Part shown: piece after piece, positions 57,072-64,000 of the stretch | Layout: the number at the start of each line of letters is the position of its first letter | How positions within the stretch are numbered: the stretch's first letter is position 1 | NCBI GenBank assembly: GCA_019454985.1 | Contig: JACFNF010000009.1 | Coordinates: forward strand, 31,692-95,691 | Reading direction: 5' to 3' | Source of the DNA: Bacteroidales bacterium | GTDB lineage: Bacteria; Bacteroidota; Bacteroidia; Bacteroidales; F082 | DNA: 64,000 nt | Made by a program: the position numbers and the translations under genes | Notes under the pieces: generated by a model | Told to the model about the DNA's origin: nothing | Seen by the model: the letters and a program-made list of their open reading frames with translations, nothing else | Database searches by the model: none

Positions 57072-58172
57072 TTAAAGGTTAGAATTGAATCCAATAAATC
57101 CGGGGATAACCCCGGCTGTCAATGAATCAATTTGCGTGCCATCAGGCCTATACCTGAAGATGTAACCTTTTTGTTGAAAATTGCCGGCATCTGTAACCAA
57201 CAACTGTGAGCTGAACGGATCAACCGCCAAACGGTAAAAATTGTGTTGTCCGGAAGCGACAAAAACGTTTTGAGGCAATGCAGTTGCGTCCACCGTCATC
57301 CTCCAGACGCCCTGATTCAAAAAGTAGAGGGTATCGCCTGAAGCGTTGATTGACAATTGTTCGGGCGAAATAGTTTTTTCTGCAAAAACAAATGTTCGTT
57401 CAATCTCGTGAGTATTGGCATTGATGCGATAAAGTGCAGGGTATTCCTCATTTAAATATCCTCCGCTGCACAAAACCCAGAGTTTCTGGTTCCGATCAAT
57501 CACCATACTGTTTGGCTCTTTCGTAACGATAATGCTATCAATCAACATATTGCGAGACGGGTCAATCACCTGAACGGTGTTATTTTCTGCAGTCTGACCA
57601 TAAGCCGACCAATTGGCAACAAACAGTTTTCCCTGTGCAAACAAGATATGTTCTGCCGTTCTTCCAAGATGGATATATCCTTCTGTTTCAAGATTTTGGG
57701 GGTTGAAAATACGCAAAGCTTTTTCCTGGAAATCGCTTATTACTGCCTTATTGTCATCTATCACACACACAAAACGCGGCGAAGCCATTCCGGCCATTTT
57801 CCCTTCAATCTCGGCTGTTTCGGCATTAATTTTCCAAATAATTCCGCTGTTGTTAACAACAACAAAGGCGCTTTTTTTCCAAAAAGCCATGGATTGAGCC
57901 ACATCGCCTAATGGAACGTTGTTTCTGATAAAAAAGATATTCTGCAACATTTTTCCTGAGTCGGCCTGAAAATAGGACAGAGTGGCATTCCCCATGGTAA
58001 AATTCCCTTCGTTGACCACATAAAACCCGCGTCCGAGAGAAAGCGGATGCCGGTTTTCGGGATTATCGTCCGGTTGTTTATGACACGATACGACCAACAA
58101 CACAAGGCCCACAAGCGCTAAAACGTTTCCTTGTTTAAGCAAACTTAAAATCATTTTTTGATGAGCTATCAT
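57072..58172 (-). CDS. YncE/BtuG-like beta-propeller surface lipoprotein (B12-regulon member)
   Basis: 366 aa with lipobox LLVVSC followed by HKQPDDNPE. It shows repeated blade-like strands (GFYVVNEGNF, SAFVVVNNSG, NKAVISDF, GKLFVANWS, QKLWVLCSGG, DTLYFLNQG, SQLLVTDAGN). An ATGA overlap links it to the BtuB-like receptor. Confidence 0.6.
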   Translation of the reverse strand: MIAHQKMILSLLKQGNVLALVGLVLLVVSCHKQPDDNPENRHPLSLGRGFYVVNEGNFTMGNATLSYFQADSGKMLQNIFFIRNNVPLGDVAQSMAFWKKSAFVVVNNSGIIWKINAETAEIEGKMAGMASPRFVCVIDDNKAVISDFQEKALRIFNPQNLETEGYIHLGRTAEHILFAQGKLFVANWSAYGQTAENNTVQVIDPSRNMLIDSIIVTKEPNSMVIDRNQKLWVLCSGGYLNEEYPALYRINANTHEIERTFVFAEKTISPEQLSINASGDTLYFLNQGVWRMTVDATALPQNVFVASGQHNFYRLAVDPFSSQLLVTDAGNFQQKGYIFRYRPDGTQIDSLTAGVIPGFIGFNSNL

Positions 58173-60115
58173 GGATGTAAATATTTTTCAAATGAATAGG
58201 AAACAACAAATTCAAAGTTACGTCCAGGCATAGGTCGCCACATTACTGCCTGATAATCAATGTCAAAAAGGTTGTTTAATTTCAAATCAACATTAAATTT
58301 TCGCCAACTCCAACCTATACCAAGATTCACCAATTGATAGGAAGGCAAATTTCCAAAAACTTCAAGATCATCGTTGTAGGTTGTCCGCCTCTGTCCGACG
58401 AGCTCAGTTCCAAAGCTTAGATAAACCCGGCGATAGTCAATACGGGCATTCAGATTTGCATGATGTTTTGGGATGTAGATCAACTGCTTACCCGCATAAT
58501 GCTGTTGATGAGCCGTTTGGCCCTCGTCTGTGGTAAGGGTAAAAGAGTAGTGCGCTTTGAACGACATATTCCAATGGCCGCGCACCAAAGAAACAGATTG
58601 ATAAAGCTCAGCACCCCGTGCAAACACCTGTGCAATATTTTCCGGAATCCAGTATCGAAATGAGGATGGCCGCCATTGTATCCAGTTTCTGATCCACGAA
58701 GCATGAATGGTGAACCGGCTTTCTGCCACCAAACCATTTTGCTGCGTTTGCCATGCAGTAAACATACTGGATTGCAATGCCTTTTCCGGAACGAGACGGG
58801 GGTTTCCTCCGGGGAACCAATACAAGTCGTTCATGGTTGGAAAACGTTGGGCCCGTCCTCCGGTAAGTCCAAAACTAACAGAGCTCAGGCTTTTAGGCAC
58901 GAATGTCATACTCATCGTCGGGCTTAAAGTTGCACGTTCGTGATTCATACGATCTAAACGAATCCCCAATCTGAGGTTGATTCCAGAGTCAAATTCACGC
59001 TCGCTGCTGGCAGAAAGGCCAAAAAAACGGCGTTGTTTGTGTTCAGGCAAATTATTGCTCCGCACCTGCTCCAGATCATACTGGGTTGAAACCTCCATGT
59101 GATACATTCCCAACTGCCGGCTCATCATCAAATGATTCTGCCAAACGGATGATTGATTTTCAGAATCAATGAGTGAAACGACCGCATAAGGCGGATAAGA
59201 CGAAGTCGTTTTCAGAAAATAGTGTTGCTTTTCAAAAAGAAGATTGGTACGCGCACTCAGGGTCATCGAACCGGAAAAATAGCGCCACGACAGCACATTA
59301 CGACTAAATTTTGTATTTTGATACTCTTCGGGACGGCCGCCGCGATCCACATTGGTCATAATCGGCGGCAACTGTCGTTCGTCCCATTGATTCCAACTCA
59401 CCAGCCCGAACAAACTCTTTCCTTTTCGATAGTAGAACTCTTGCTGAAAGCCTTTCACAGCATACTGTGCATTGACGTTCTCCATCTTCTGTTGCGGCCA
59501 TTGAGCAGTGTTCAAATACTCAAAATTGTTGAGGCTTGATTTACGAAAAGCCCTAATTCGGGCCTGCAACTTGCTGTTAGACAATGAGCCGCCAAAAAAG
59601 CTGCCAAAACTCTTATAACTGCCAACAGATTGCAAAAGTGATACTTGCAGTTTCTTCGACAGGTCGGGCAGATTGTTCACCGTCACCACACCTCCAATCC
59701 CGGTTATATGATGAATATCGGAAATACCAGCCTGAACAACAAGTTGGTCAACTAAAAACATGGGGATGGTTGAAAAATCAACCTGACCCAGTTGTGGACC
59801 ATTGATGAGTGCGCCATTCCACAAAACAAGGGTATGATTAGCCGTTGTTCCACGAAACGAAGCCGTGGCCAATCCACCATAACCATTTTCGCGAATAAAG
59901 ACCGGGCTGTTCAGGCCTAAAACCCCCGAAAGCGTCAGTGTTTTAGAGGTTTGAGCCATCATGCTGTCGAGCAACTGCAAGCGATCGTGAGGAACAGCCG
60001 TTATCGTTCTGGCAGTAACTTCCACCTGCTTCAGATAAACCGTATCAGGAATATCAGCCCGGCTTTGCAACGCCATAAGGCATATCCACACCACGATAAA
60101 CAGCCCAATCCTCAT
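58169..60115 (-). CDS. btuB: TonB-dependent transporter, BtuB-like (cobalamin/corrinoid)
   Basis: 648 aa with a signal peptide and a plug (ASFRGTTANHTLVLWNG). The short ~22-strand barrel size is typical of BtuB. It sits in an operon headed by a cobalamin riboswitch, and has 4-nt overlaps with both neighbours. Confidence 0.75.
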   Translation of the reverse strand: MRIGLFIVVWICLMALQSRADIPDTVYLKQVEVTARTITAVPHDRLQLLDSMMAQTSKTLTLSGVLGLNSPVFIRENGYGGLATASFRGTTANHTLVLWNGALINGPQLGQVDFSTIPMFLVDQLVVQAGISDIHHITGIGGVVTVNNLPDLSKKLQVSLLQSVGSYKSFGSFFGGSLSNSKLQARIRAFRKSSLNNFEYLNTAQWPQQKMENVNAQYAVKGFQQEFYYRKGKSLFGLVSWNQWDERQLPPIMTNVDRGGRPEEYQNTKFSRNVLSWRYFSGSMTLSARTNLLFEKQHYFLKTTSSYPPYAVVSLIDSENQSSVWQNHLMMSRQLGMYHMEVSTQYDLEQVRSNNLPEHKQRRFFGLSASSEREFDSGINLRLGIRLDRMNHERATLSPTMSMTFVPKSLSSVSFGLTGGRAQRFPTMNDLYWFPGGNPRLVPEKALQSSMFTAWQTQQNGLVAESRFTIHASWIRNWIQWRPSSFRYWIPENIAQVFARGAELYQSVSLVRGHWNMSFKAHYSFTLTTDEGQTAHQQHYAGKQLIYIPKHHANLNARIDYRRVYLSFGTELVGQRRTTYNDDLEVFGNLPSYQLVNLGIGWSWRKFNVDLKLNNLFDIDYQAVMWRPMPGRNFEFVVSYSFEKYLHP

Positions 60116-61095
60116 TGTTTCAGCAATTTCAACATCCAGCTTCCGTGATTATTTTGAATTTTCAGGCAATAAAATCCCGGCATCAGCCTTTGGGTAGAGA
60201 TCCATTCATGCGAAGAAACTTTCTGATGAATCATGATCGTTTTACCGAGAGCATCAAAAAACGTCACTTCACAGTCTGATTCCCCATTGATAAACAAAAA
60301 ATCTTTAAACGGATTTGGATATATATGATAAGGGCAAGCCGATATTTTGGTTACTGAGCTATAACGTTGATCGTAGATCACGCCGAGGGCATCAAGATCA
60401 AAACCTGAAGAAGGGAAAGGCGTCGGCCAGGGATCATTGATCAGATTTTCTTCGCTATCACGGCTTCCAAAGACCGGATCAATGGAGCCCACAACGTCAG
60501 TAATACGGATATAATGCACTGCATTCCGATCTAAATCCGGGTCGTCAAGCTCAGCCAAATCGAAAGGAGTACCATAGAGCCCACGATATTTTCCGGCCAG
60601 ATTATGAATTTTGACGGCCTCTAACACCCCAAAGCCATCAACCTGTGTTTGAGTCTGTGTGAGGGAGACCGAGCGAAAGCGGGCAAAATGCAGGCCATCG
60701 CTACTTACTTCCACATGGGCAAGTTCGAGAAAATCATTAGAGAAACTGTTTTCAAACACAGCAAAATCGGGTCCGGGACCGTCAATTACCGGGATTTCAA
60801 AATAATAAGTAAAACTTCCACCATCGCCTAAGCTCAACGCCACCAGATCGGCCTTCCCATAAGCATCACTCTCCGTTCCAAAAGTGGCCAATCCCATTTC
60901 AGGCTCATTGATTTTCATCAATCCCCTCTCGAGCTGACCATGACTCCCCCAGGCCACAAACACGCTGCTGTCGGCCGAAATGGCTGTAGTTCCTTCAATT
61001 CCCACAGCCGGTGCAAACTGTGCTACCGCCCTATCCAGCAAACCAGATACGAGCAGTAACACAAAAATTGTGAACAAGTATTTTTTCTTTATCAA
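60112..61095 (-). CDS. secreted protein of unknown function with T9SS C-terminal sorting domain (B12-regulon member)
   Basis: 327 aa with signal peptide ..LLDRAVAQ. The core contains GGSFTYYFEIPVIDGPGPDFAVFENSFSNDFLELAHVEVSSDGLHFARF. The CTD reads YHIYPNPFKDFLFING...LMPGFYCLKIQNNHGSWMLKLLKQ. Confidence 0.6.
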   Translation of the reverse strand: MIKKKYLFTIFVLLLVSGLLDRAVAQFAPAVGIEGTTAISADSSVFVAWGSHGQLERGLMKINEPEMGLATFGTESDAYGKADLVALSLGDGGSFTYYFEIPVIDGPGPDFAVFENSFSNDFLELAHVEVSSDGLHFARFRSVSLTQTQTQVDGFGVLEAVKIHNLAGKYRGLYGTPFDLAELDDPDLDRNAVHYIRITDVVGSIDPVFGSRDSEENLINDPWPTPFPSSGFDLDALGVIYDQRYSSVTKISACPYHIYPNPFKDFLFINGESDCEVTFFDALGKTIMIHQKVSSHEWISTQRLMPGFYCLKIQNNHGSWMLKLLKQ

Positions 61096-61099
61096 CGAT

Positions 61100-62386
61100 T
61101 TATTGTTTTAAAAAAGAGGCGCTATAACTTTTTCCTTTTGTGCTTAGAGCCATTACATGATAAACACCAGGCTTCAAACCCTCAACATTCAGGCTCCGGC
61201 CTGCCGTTCTTCCATCTTCTTTCCTTAACAGTTGACCAAATGACGAAAACAGTGATATTTCGGCAAATTGTGAATTATCGGGCAAACTAAGCATAATATT
61301 TCCTTTTGCCGGGTTTGGATAAACCGTCAGAGACATCGCTTGTTTTTCATTCATAAAACTTGTCGTCCGATATTCCAATGCAAGAGCCTCTGCTGAAATA
61401 CCGGCATCAAATGTTCCGGTTTGCACCCCATCTTTTGAATAAATGAATCCGGCGCCCATCGAGAAATAATCAGTGATGGTTGCATAAAATTTTTCGCCCA
61501 GGTGGTCAAAAACAATATCGGCATAATTGATGAACGAAGCAGATCCCGGATCGGGTAACAAAGTCGGGTTTGTAATGGTCAGGCTCATCAGATCAAAAAT
61601 ACCTACGGCATCATTCACGAGCAGATAAAGCTGATCATTATGAATTGCAATGCCTTTCCCCAGGTTATAAGGCAAGGTGTGATGCGTAACACTTTTGTTG
61701 ATAGGATCAAAAAATGAAATCACACCGGTTGAGCTCCCCCAGGCCGAGCGATTGACAGCAACAATTTTATTGTTAAAAGCGAACAAATCGTGAATACCTG
61801 CTCCAGACTCCTGAAAATCAATCTCTTCGATAAAGGAGCCATCAGTTGCATTCAGAATGGCCATTTTTCCAACCGTACTGGTCCAGTCGCCTGGCACAGC
61901 CACATATACTTTCCCATCGAAATCGAGCATTGTAGCTGTTTCGCCGCTCACCTGACTTACAACATTCAGTGTTGCAAGGTTTTCTTTATCGAGTACACGT
62001 ACAAAATTCTCTGTCAGCGGGTATTGCATACCTACAAACAGCAAGTCGCCTGACACGTGAAGATAGCGAACACCCGGCAAAGCAATGGCAGCAATTCGTT
62101 GATAAGTATCCAAATCATAACAAACAAGGCTATCCGTTGCCGTAACATAAAGGCGATTACCATCAACCAAAGCATCCTGCACCGCCTGGGTTCGGATTTG
62201 GCCAAACGGCATGGTAAGACCGGTTTGAGGATTGAATGACCCTAACTCAACAAAGTCGTCGGGATTGGAATAAGCGCCTCCTGAAACGACAATAAGTTGG
62301 TGTAGTGATTGTTGTGCCATCAATCCGGCGCTAAAAAACCAAACAAAGGCCAGCAGAAAATGGCGTAAAGAGAAAAAATTAAACAT
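61100..62386 (-). CDS. beta-propeller-like secreted protein with T9SS C-terminal sorting domain (B12-regulon member)
   Basis: 428 aa with signal peptide ..SAGLMAQQ. It has blade-like repeats (QLIVVSGGAYSN, NRLYVTATD, DLLFVGMQ, GKVYVAVPGD, NKIVAVNRS, DQLYLLVND, EKFYATITD). The CTD reads LTVYPNPAKGNIMLSL...LKPGVYHVMALSTKGKSYSASFLKQ. It is the first gene after the riboswitch. Confidence 0.6.
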   Translation of the reverse strand: MFNFFSLRHFLLAFVWFFSAGLMAQQSLHQLIVVSGGAYSNPDDFVELGSFNPQTGLTMPFGQIRTQAVQDALVDGNRLYVTATDSLVCYDLDTYQRIAAIALPGVRYLHVSGDLLFVGMQYPLTENFVRVLDKENLATLNVVSQVSGETATMLDFDGKVYVAVPGDWTSTVGKMAILNATDGSFIEEIDFQESGAGIHDLFAFNNKIVAVNRSAWGSSTGVISFFDPINKSVTHHTLPYNLGKGIAIHNDQLYLLVNDAVGIFDLMSLTITNPTLLPDPGSASFINYADIVFDHLGEKFYATITDYFSMGAGFIYSKDGVQTGTFDAGISAEALALEYRTTSFMNEKQAMSLTVYPNPAKGNIMLSLPDNSQFAEISLFSSFGQLLRKEDGRTAGRSLNVEGLKPGVYHVMALSTKGKSYSASFLKQ

Positions 62387-62504
62387 AAAAAAAACAGTTT
62401 TAAGGTTAAACGTTCAACGACCTCAAAACTTCTGGGAAAATTGCCGATGGTGAGAAACACGCCGACAAGCTTTTATCCCGAAAGCTTTGTTCAAAACAAA
62501 TGAT

Positions 62505-62650
62505 CGTGGCAGGTCTTCTGACTTACTCTCCCTCCGAAGCCTTCCCATGCCTTAAACGACACAGTGGCAACGATTTTCGGAGGCTTGAAACGAGCTTACA
62601 GCAGCGGGTACTGTCCGGGATTTACACCCGGTTCCCTTTTAAGCATGCAG
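62505..62650 (-). promoter_or_regulatory. cobalamin (AdoCbl-type) riboswitch aptamer
   Basis: The minus strand reads AAAAGGGAACCGGGTGTAAATCCCGGACAGTACCCGCTGCTGTAAGC (62640->62594), GTTGCCACTGTG (62571->62560), GGGAAGGC (62546->62539) and the B12 box AGTCAGAAGACCTGCC (62523->62508). A CCTCCGAA/TTCGGAGG helix encloses the GCCACTG element. It lies 120 nt upstream of the first ORF of the operon. Confidence 0.9.
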
Positions 62651-62681
62651 ATTGAATTCTACATAAGCACCAAAATCGGTG

Positions 62682-62689
62682 CAAATATA
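62682..62689 (-). promoter_or_regulatory. Bacteroidota-type -7 promoter box (TAnnTTTG) for the riboswitch/B12 operon
   Basis: Minus-strand TATATTTG, ~35 nt upstream of the conserved riboswitch core. Confidence 0.45.
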
Positions 62690-62777
62690 CAATATTTATT
62701 GTTCCGAAAGACGATGCAATAAGGCTGTTTCCCTTTTTGTCAACAAAGAAATTTTCTCTCAATCATGCAATATTGCC

Positions 62778-62785
62778 TACTTTTG
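62778..62785 (+). promoter_or_regulatory. -7 promoter box (TAnnTTTG) for the divergent TlpA-like gene
   Basis: TACTTTTG, 28 nt upstream of the ATG at 62814. Confidence 0.4.
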
Positions 62786-62813
62786 TAGGTTAAAGTGTAA
62801 TGAATTAATTCGA

Positions 62814-64000
62814 ATGAAAAAGACTGTTTCGTTCTTCTTATTACCTATATTATTTATACTGTTTTCCGCTTCGCTGACAGCCCAGAAGGGTTATCAGATT
62901 CGTATCGAACTCGAAGATAATCGGGACACAGTGTTTTATCTGGCTCATTATTACGGCGATAAATTCTATATGGCTGACACCTGTATCGGAAAAAAGGGTG
63001 AGGCGTTATTTCAGGGAGAAGAACCGCTAAAACAAGGTATTTATCTGCTTGCCAATCCCAAAAAAGAAAAACTCATTGAGTTTTTAATCGGCGACGAGCA
63101 GTTTTTTACCATACAGGCCGGATTGTTATCCAACGAATCAGGTGTACGCATTGATGGAAGCCGGGATAATCAATCATTTTTTGACCACATTCAGTTGGTG
63201 AATAAGCTTCAAAAATCTTTGCAGGAAAACGATAGCATCTCGGCCAAAAAGCTGCAGGAAGCTGCACAGGCGTTACGCGAAAATACTTTTCTGGAAAGGC
63301 CCGCCTCCTTGGTTGCGCGAATATTTTCAGCCATGCAGGATCCGGTGATCCCTACTGAGATACAACACGACAAAGAAGCAGCTTATCATTACTACCGGAA
63401 CCATTTTTGGGATGGTTTCCAAATGGACGACGATCGTTTGCTGCGCTCTCCCCTGCTCCCTATGAAACTTAAAACCTACTTCGAACAGCTTATCGTTCCC
63501 GATCCCGACACAGTGATCATGGAAGCCGAACGGCTGATGTCGGCCGCCAAAGAAAATCAGGAAATGACCGACTTTTTGGCATGGCATTTTGTTTCGGAAT
63601 ATCAAAATCCCAAAATCATGGGTCTCGACAAGGTCTTTATCTATTTCGTTGATCATTATTTCGATACCGGGAAAGTAAAAAACCTGACGCCTTCTATCCT
63701 GGAAAAATTAGACGAACGGGTGAGCAAAATGCGTCAAAGTTTGATCGGGCTCAAAGCTCCCGATATGTGGCTCATTGATACCATCGGCAATTACCGCTCT
63801 TTCAATGAATTGACAAATCGTTTTACTATCCTTGTTTTTTGGGATCAAACATGCAGCCACTGCAAAAAAGAAATGGAGAGCCTCAATCAATTATATGCAA
63901 GTCATAAATACGATTTAGGAATTTATGCGGTGAATACAACAAACGACTTCGAAGGATGGAAGCATTATCTGAATGAAAAAAAATATCCTTTTTTTCATGT
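62814..64000 (+). CDS. TlpA-like thiol:disulfide oxidoreductase with DUF4369-like N-terminal domain (3' end outside window)
   Basis: Not in the ORF track because there is no stop in the window. From the ATG at 62814 it reads MKKTVSFFLLPILFILFSASLTAQKGYQIRIELEDNRDTVFYLAHYYGDKFYMADT... and stays open to the window end. The thioredoxin fold is FTILVFWDQTCSHCKKEMESLNQLY. It is a paralogue-like of 22655..24064. Confidence 0.75.
   Translation, partial: MKKTVSFFLLPILFILFSASLTAQKGYQIRIELEDNRDTVFYLAHYYGDKFYMADTCIGKKGEALFQGEEPLKQGIYLLANPKKEKLIEFLIGDEQFFTIQAGLLSNESGVRIDGSRDNQSFFDHIQLVNKLQKSLQENDSISAKKLQEAAQALRENTFLERPASLVARIFSAMQDPVIPTEIQHDKEAAYHYYRNHFWDGFQMDDDRLLRSPLLPMKLKTYFEQLIVPDPDTVIMEAERLMSAAKENQEMTDFLAWHFVSEYQNPKIMGLDKVFIYFVDHYFDTGKVKNLTPSILEKLDERVSKMRQSLIGLKAPDMWLIDTIGNYRSFNELTNRFTILVFWDQTCSHCKKEMESLNQLYASHKYDLGIYAVNTTNDFEGWKHYLNEKKYPFFH

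Noticed and set aside
63327-63890. Minus-strand ORFs 63327..63656 and 63708..63890 near the window end.
   Set aside because: They lie antisense inside a long open plus-strand frame (62814 to the window end). That frame has a signal peptide and a TlpA-type CxxC thioredoxin motif.
1-64000. A search for mobile elements, CRISPR arrays, tRNA/rRNA genes and defence-system hallmarks (integrase, transposase, restriction/helicase-nuclease clusters, toxin-antitoxin pairs).
   Set aside because: Nothing was found by eye. There are no inverted terminal repeats, T-loop GTTCGAATC-type motifs or repeat-spacer periodicity. The only HTH + small-partner pair (10751..11414) is a membrane protein + XRE module, not a recognisable TA system.

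Overview
This is a densely coded 64-kb chromosomal segment that looks like Bacteroidota. The signs are three T9SS type-A C-terminal sorting domains, TonB-dependent receptors with CarboxypepD_reg-like N-termini, lipoproteins with acidic residues just after the lipobox Cys, and TAnnTTTG -7 promoter boxes at sensible distances from many start codons. I call about 60 protein genes, mostly housekeeping: uvrA, lpd, sucC, miaA, fmt, dprA, a CCA/HD nucleotidyltransferase, a RelA/SpoT homologue, HU, tpx, fldA, rfbC, cyoE, lolD, floA/nfeD and clpS. I saw no rRNA, tRNA, CRISPR array, transposase, integrase or phage genes. All calls come from motif and family recognition by eye; no database search was run.

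Most interesting observations:
1. A clear cobalamin riboswitch on the minus strand (about 62505-62650) heads a tightly coupled operon. It encodes two T9SS-sorted secreted proteins, a BtuB-like TonB-dependent transporter, a YncE/BtuG-like beta-propeller lipoprotein and possibly an OsmC-family gene. T9SS cargo inside a B12 regulon looks undescribed to me.
2. A second operon (5001-9533) has the same layout (T9SS cargo, TonB receptor, lipoprotein). It is built from HmuY-like domains and a receptor with FRAP/His/NxxL heme-receptor motifs.
3. A stand-alone MurD-family ligase is translationally coupled to a 456-aa PP-loop/Cys-motif protein (30142-32794). This is a candidate MurD2/MurL alternative D-Glu peptidoglycan route.
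4. A T9 homopolymer frameshift splits a GH3 / beta-lactamase-family fusion gene (25874-25882).
5. A promoter-proximal structured leader with an intrinsic terminator sits directly in front of an ICMT-family methyltransferase gene (43473-43568).
6. A hemerythrin-like protein is coupled to a LuxR regulator whose receiver domain lacks the phospho-acceptor Asp (11552-12893).
7. A 1013-aa protein is made of about 15 tandem 57-60-aa TPR-like modules plus an unknown C-terminal domain (47115-50156).
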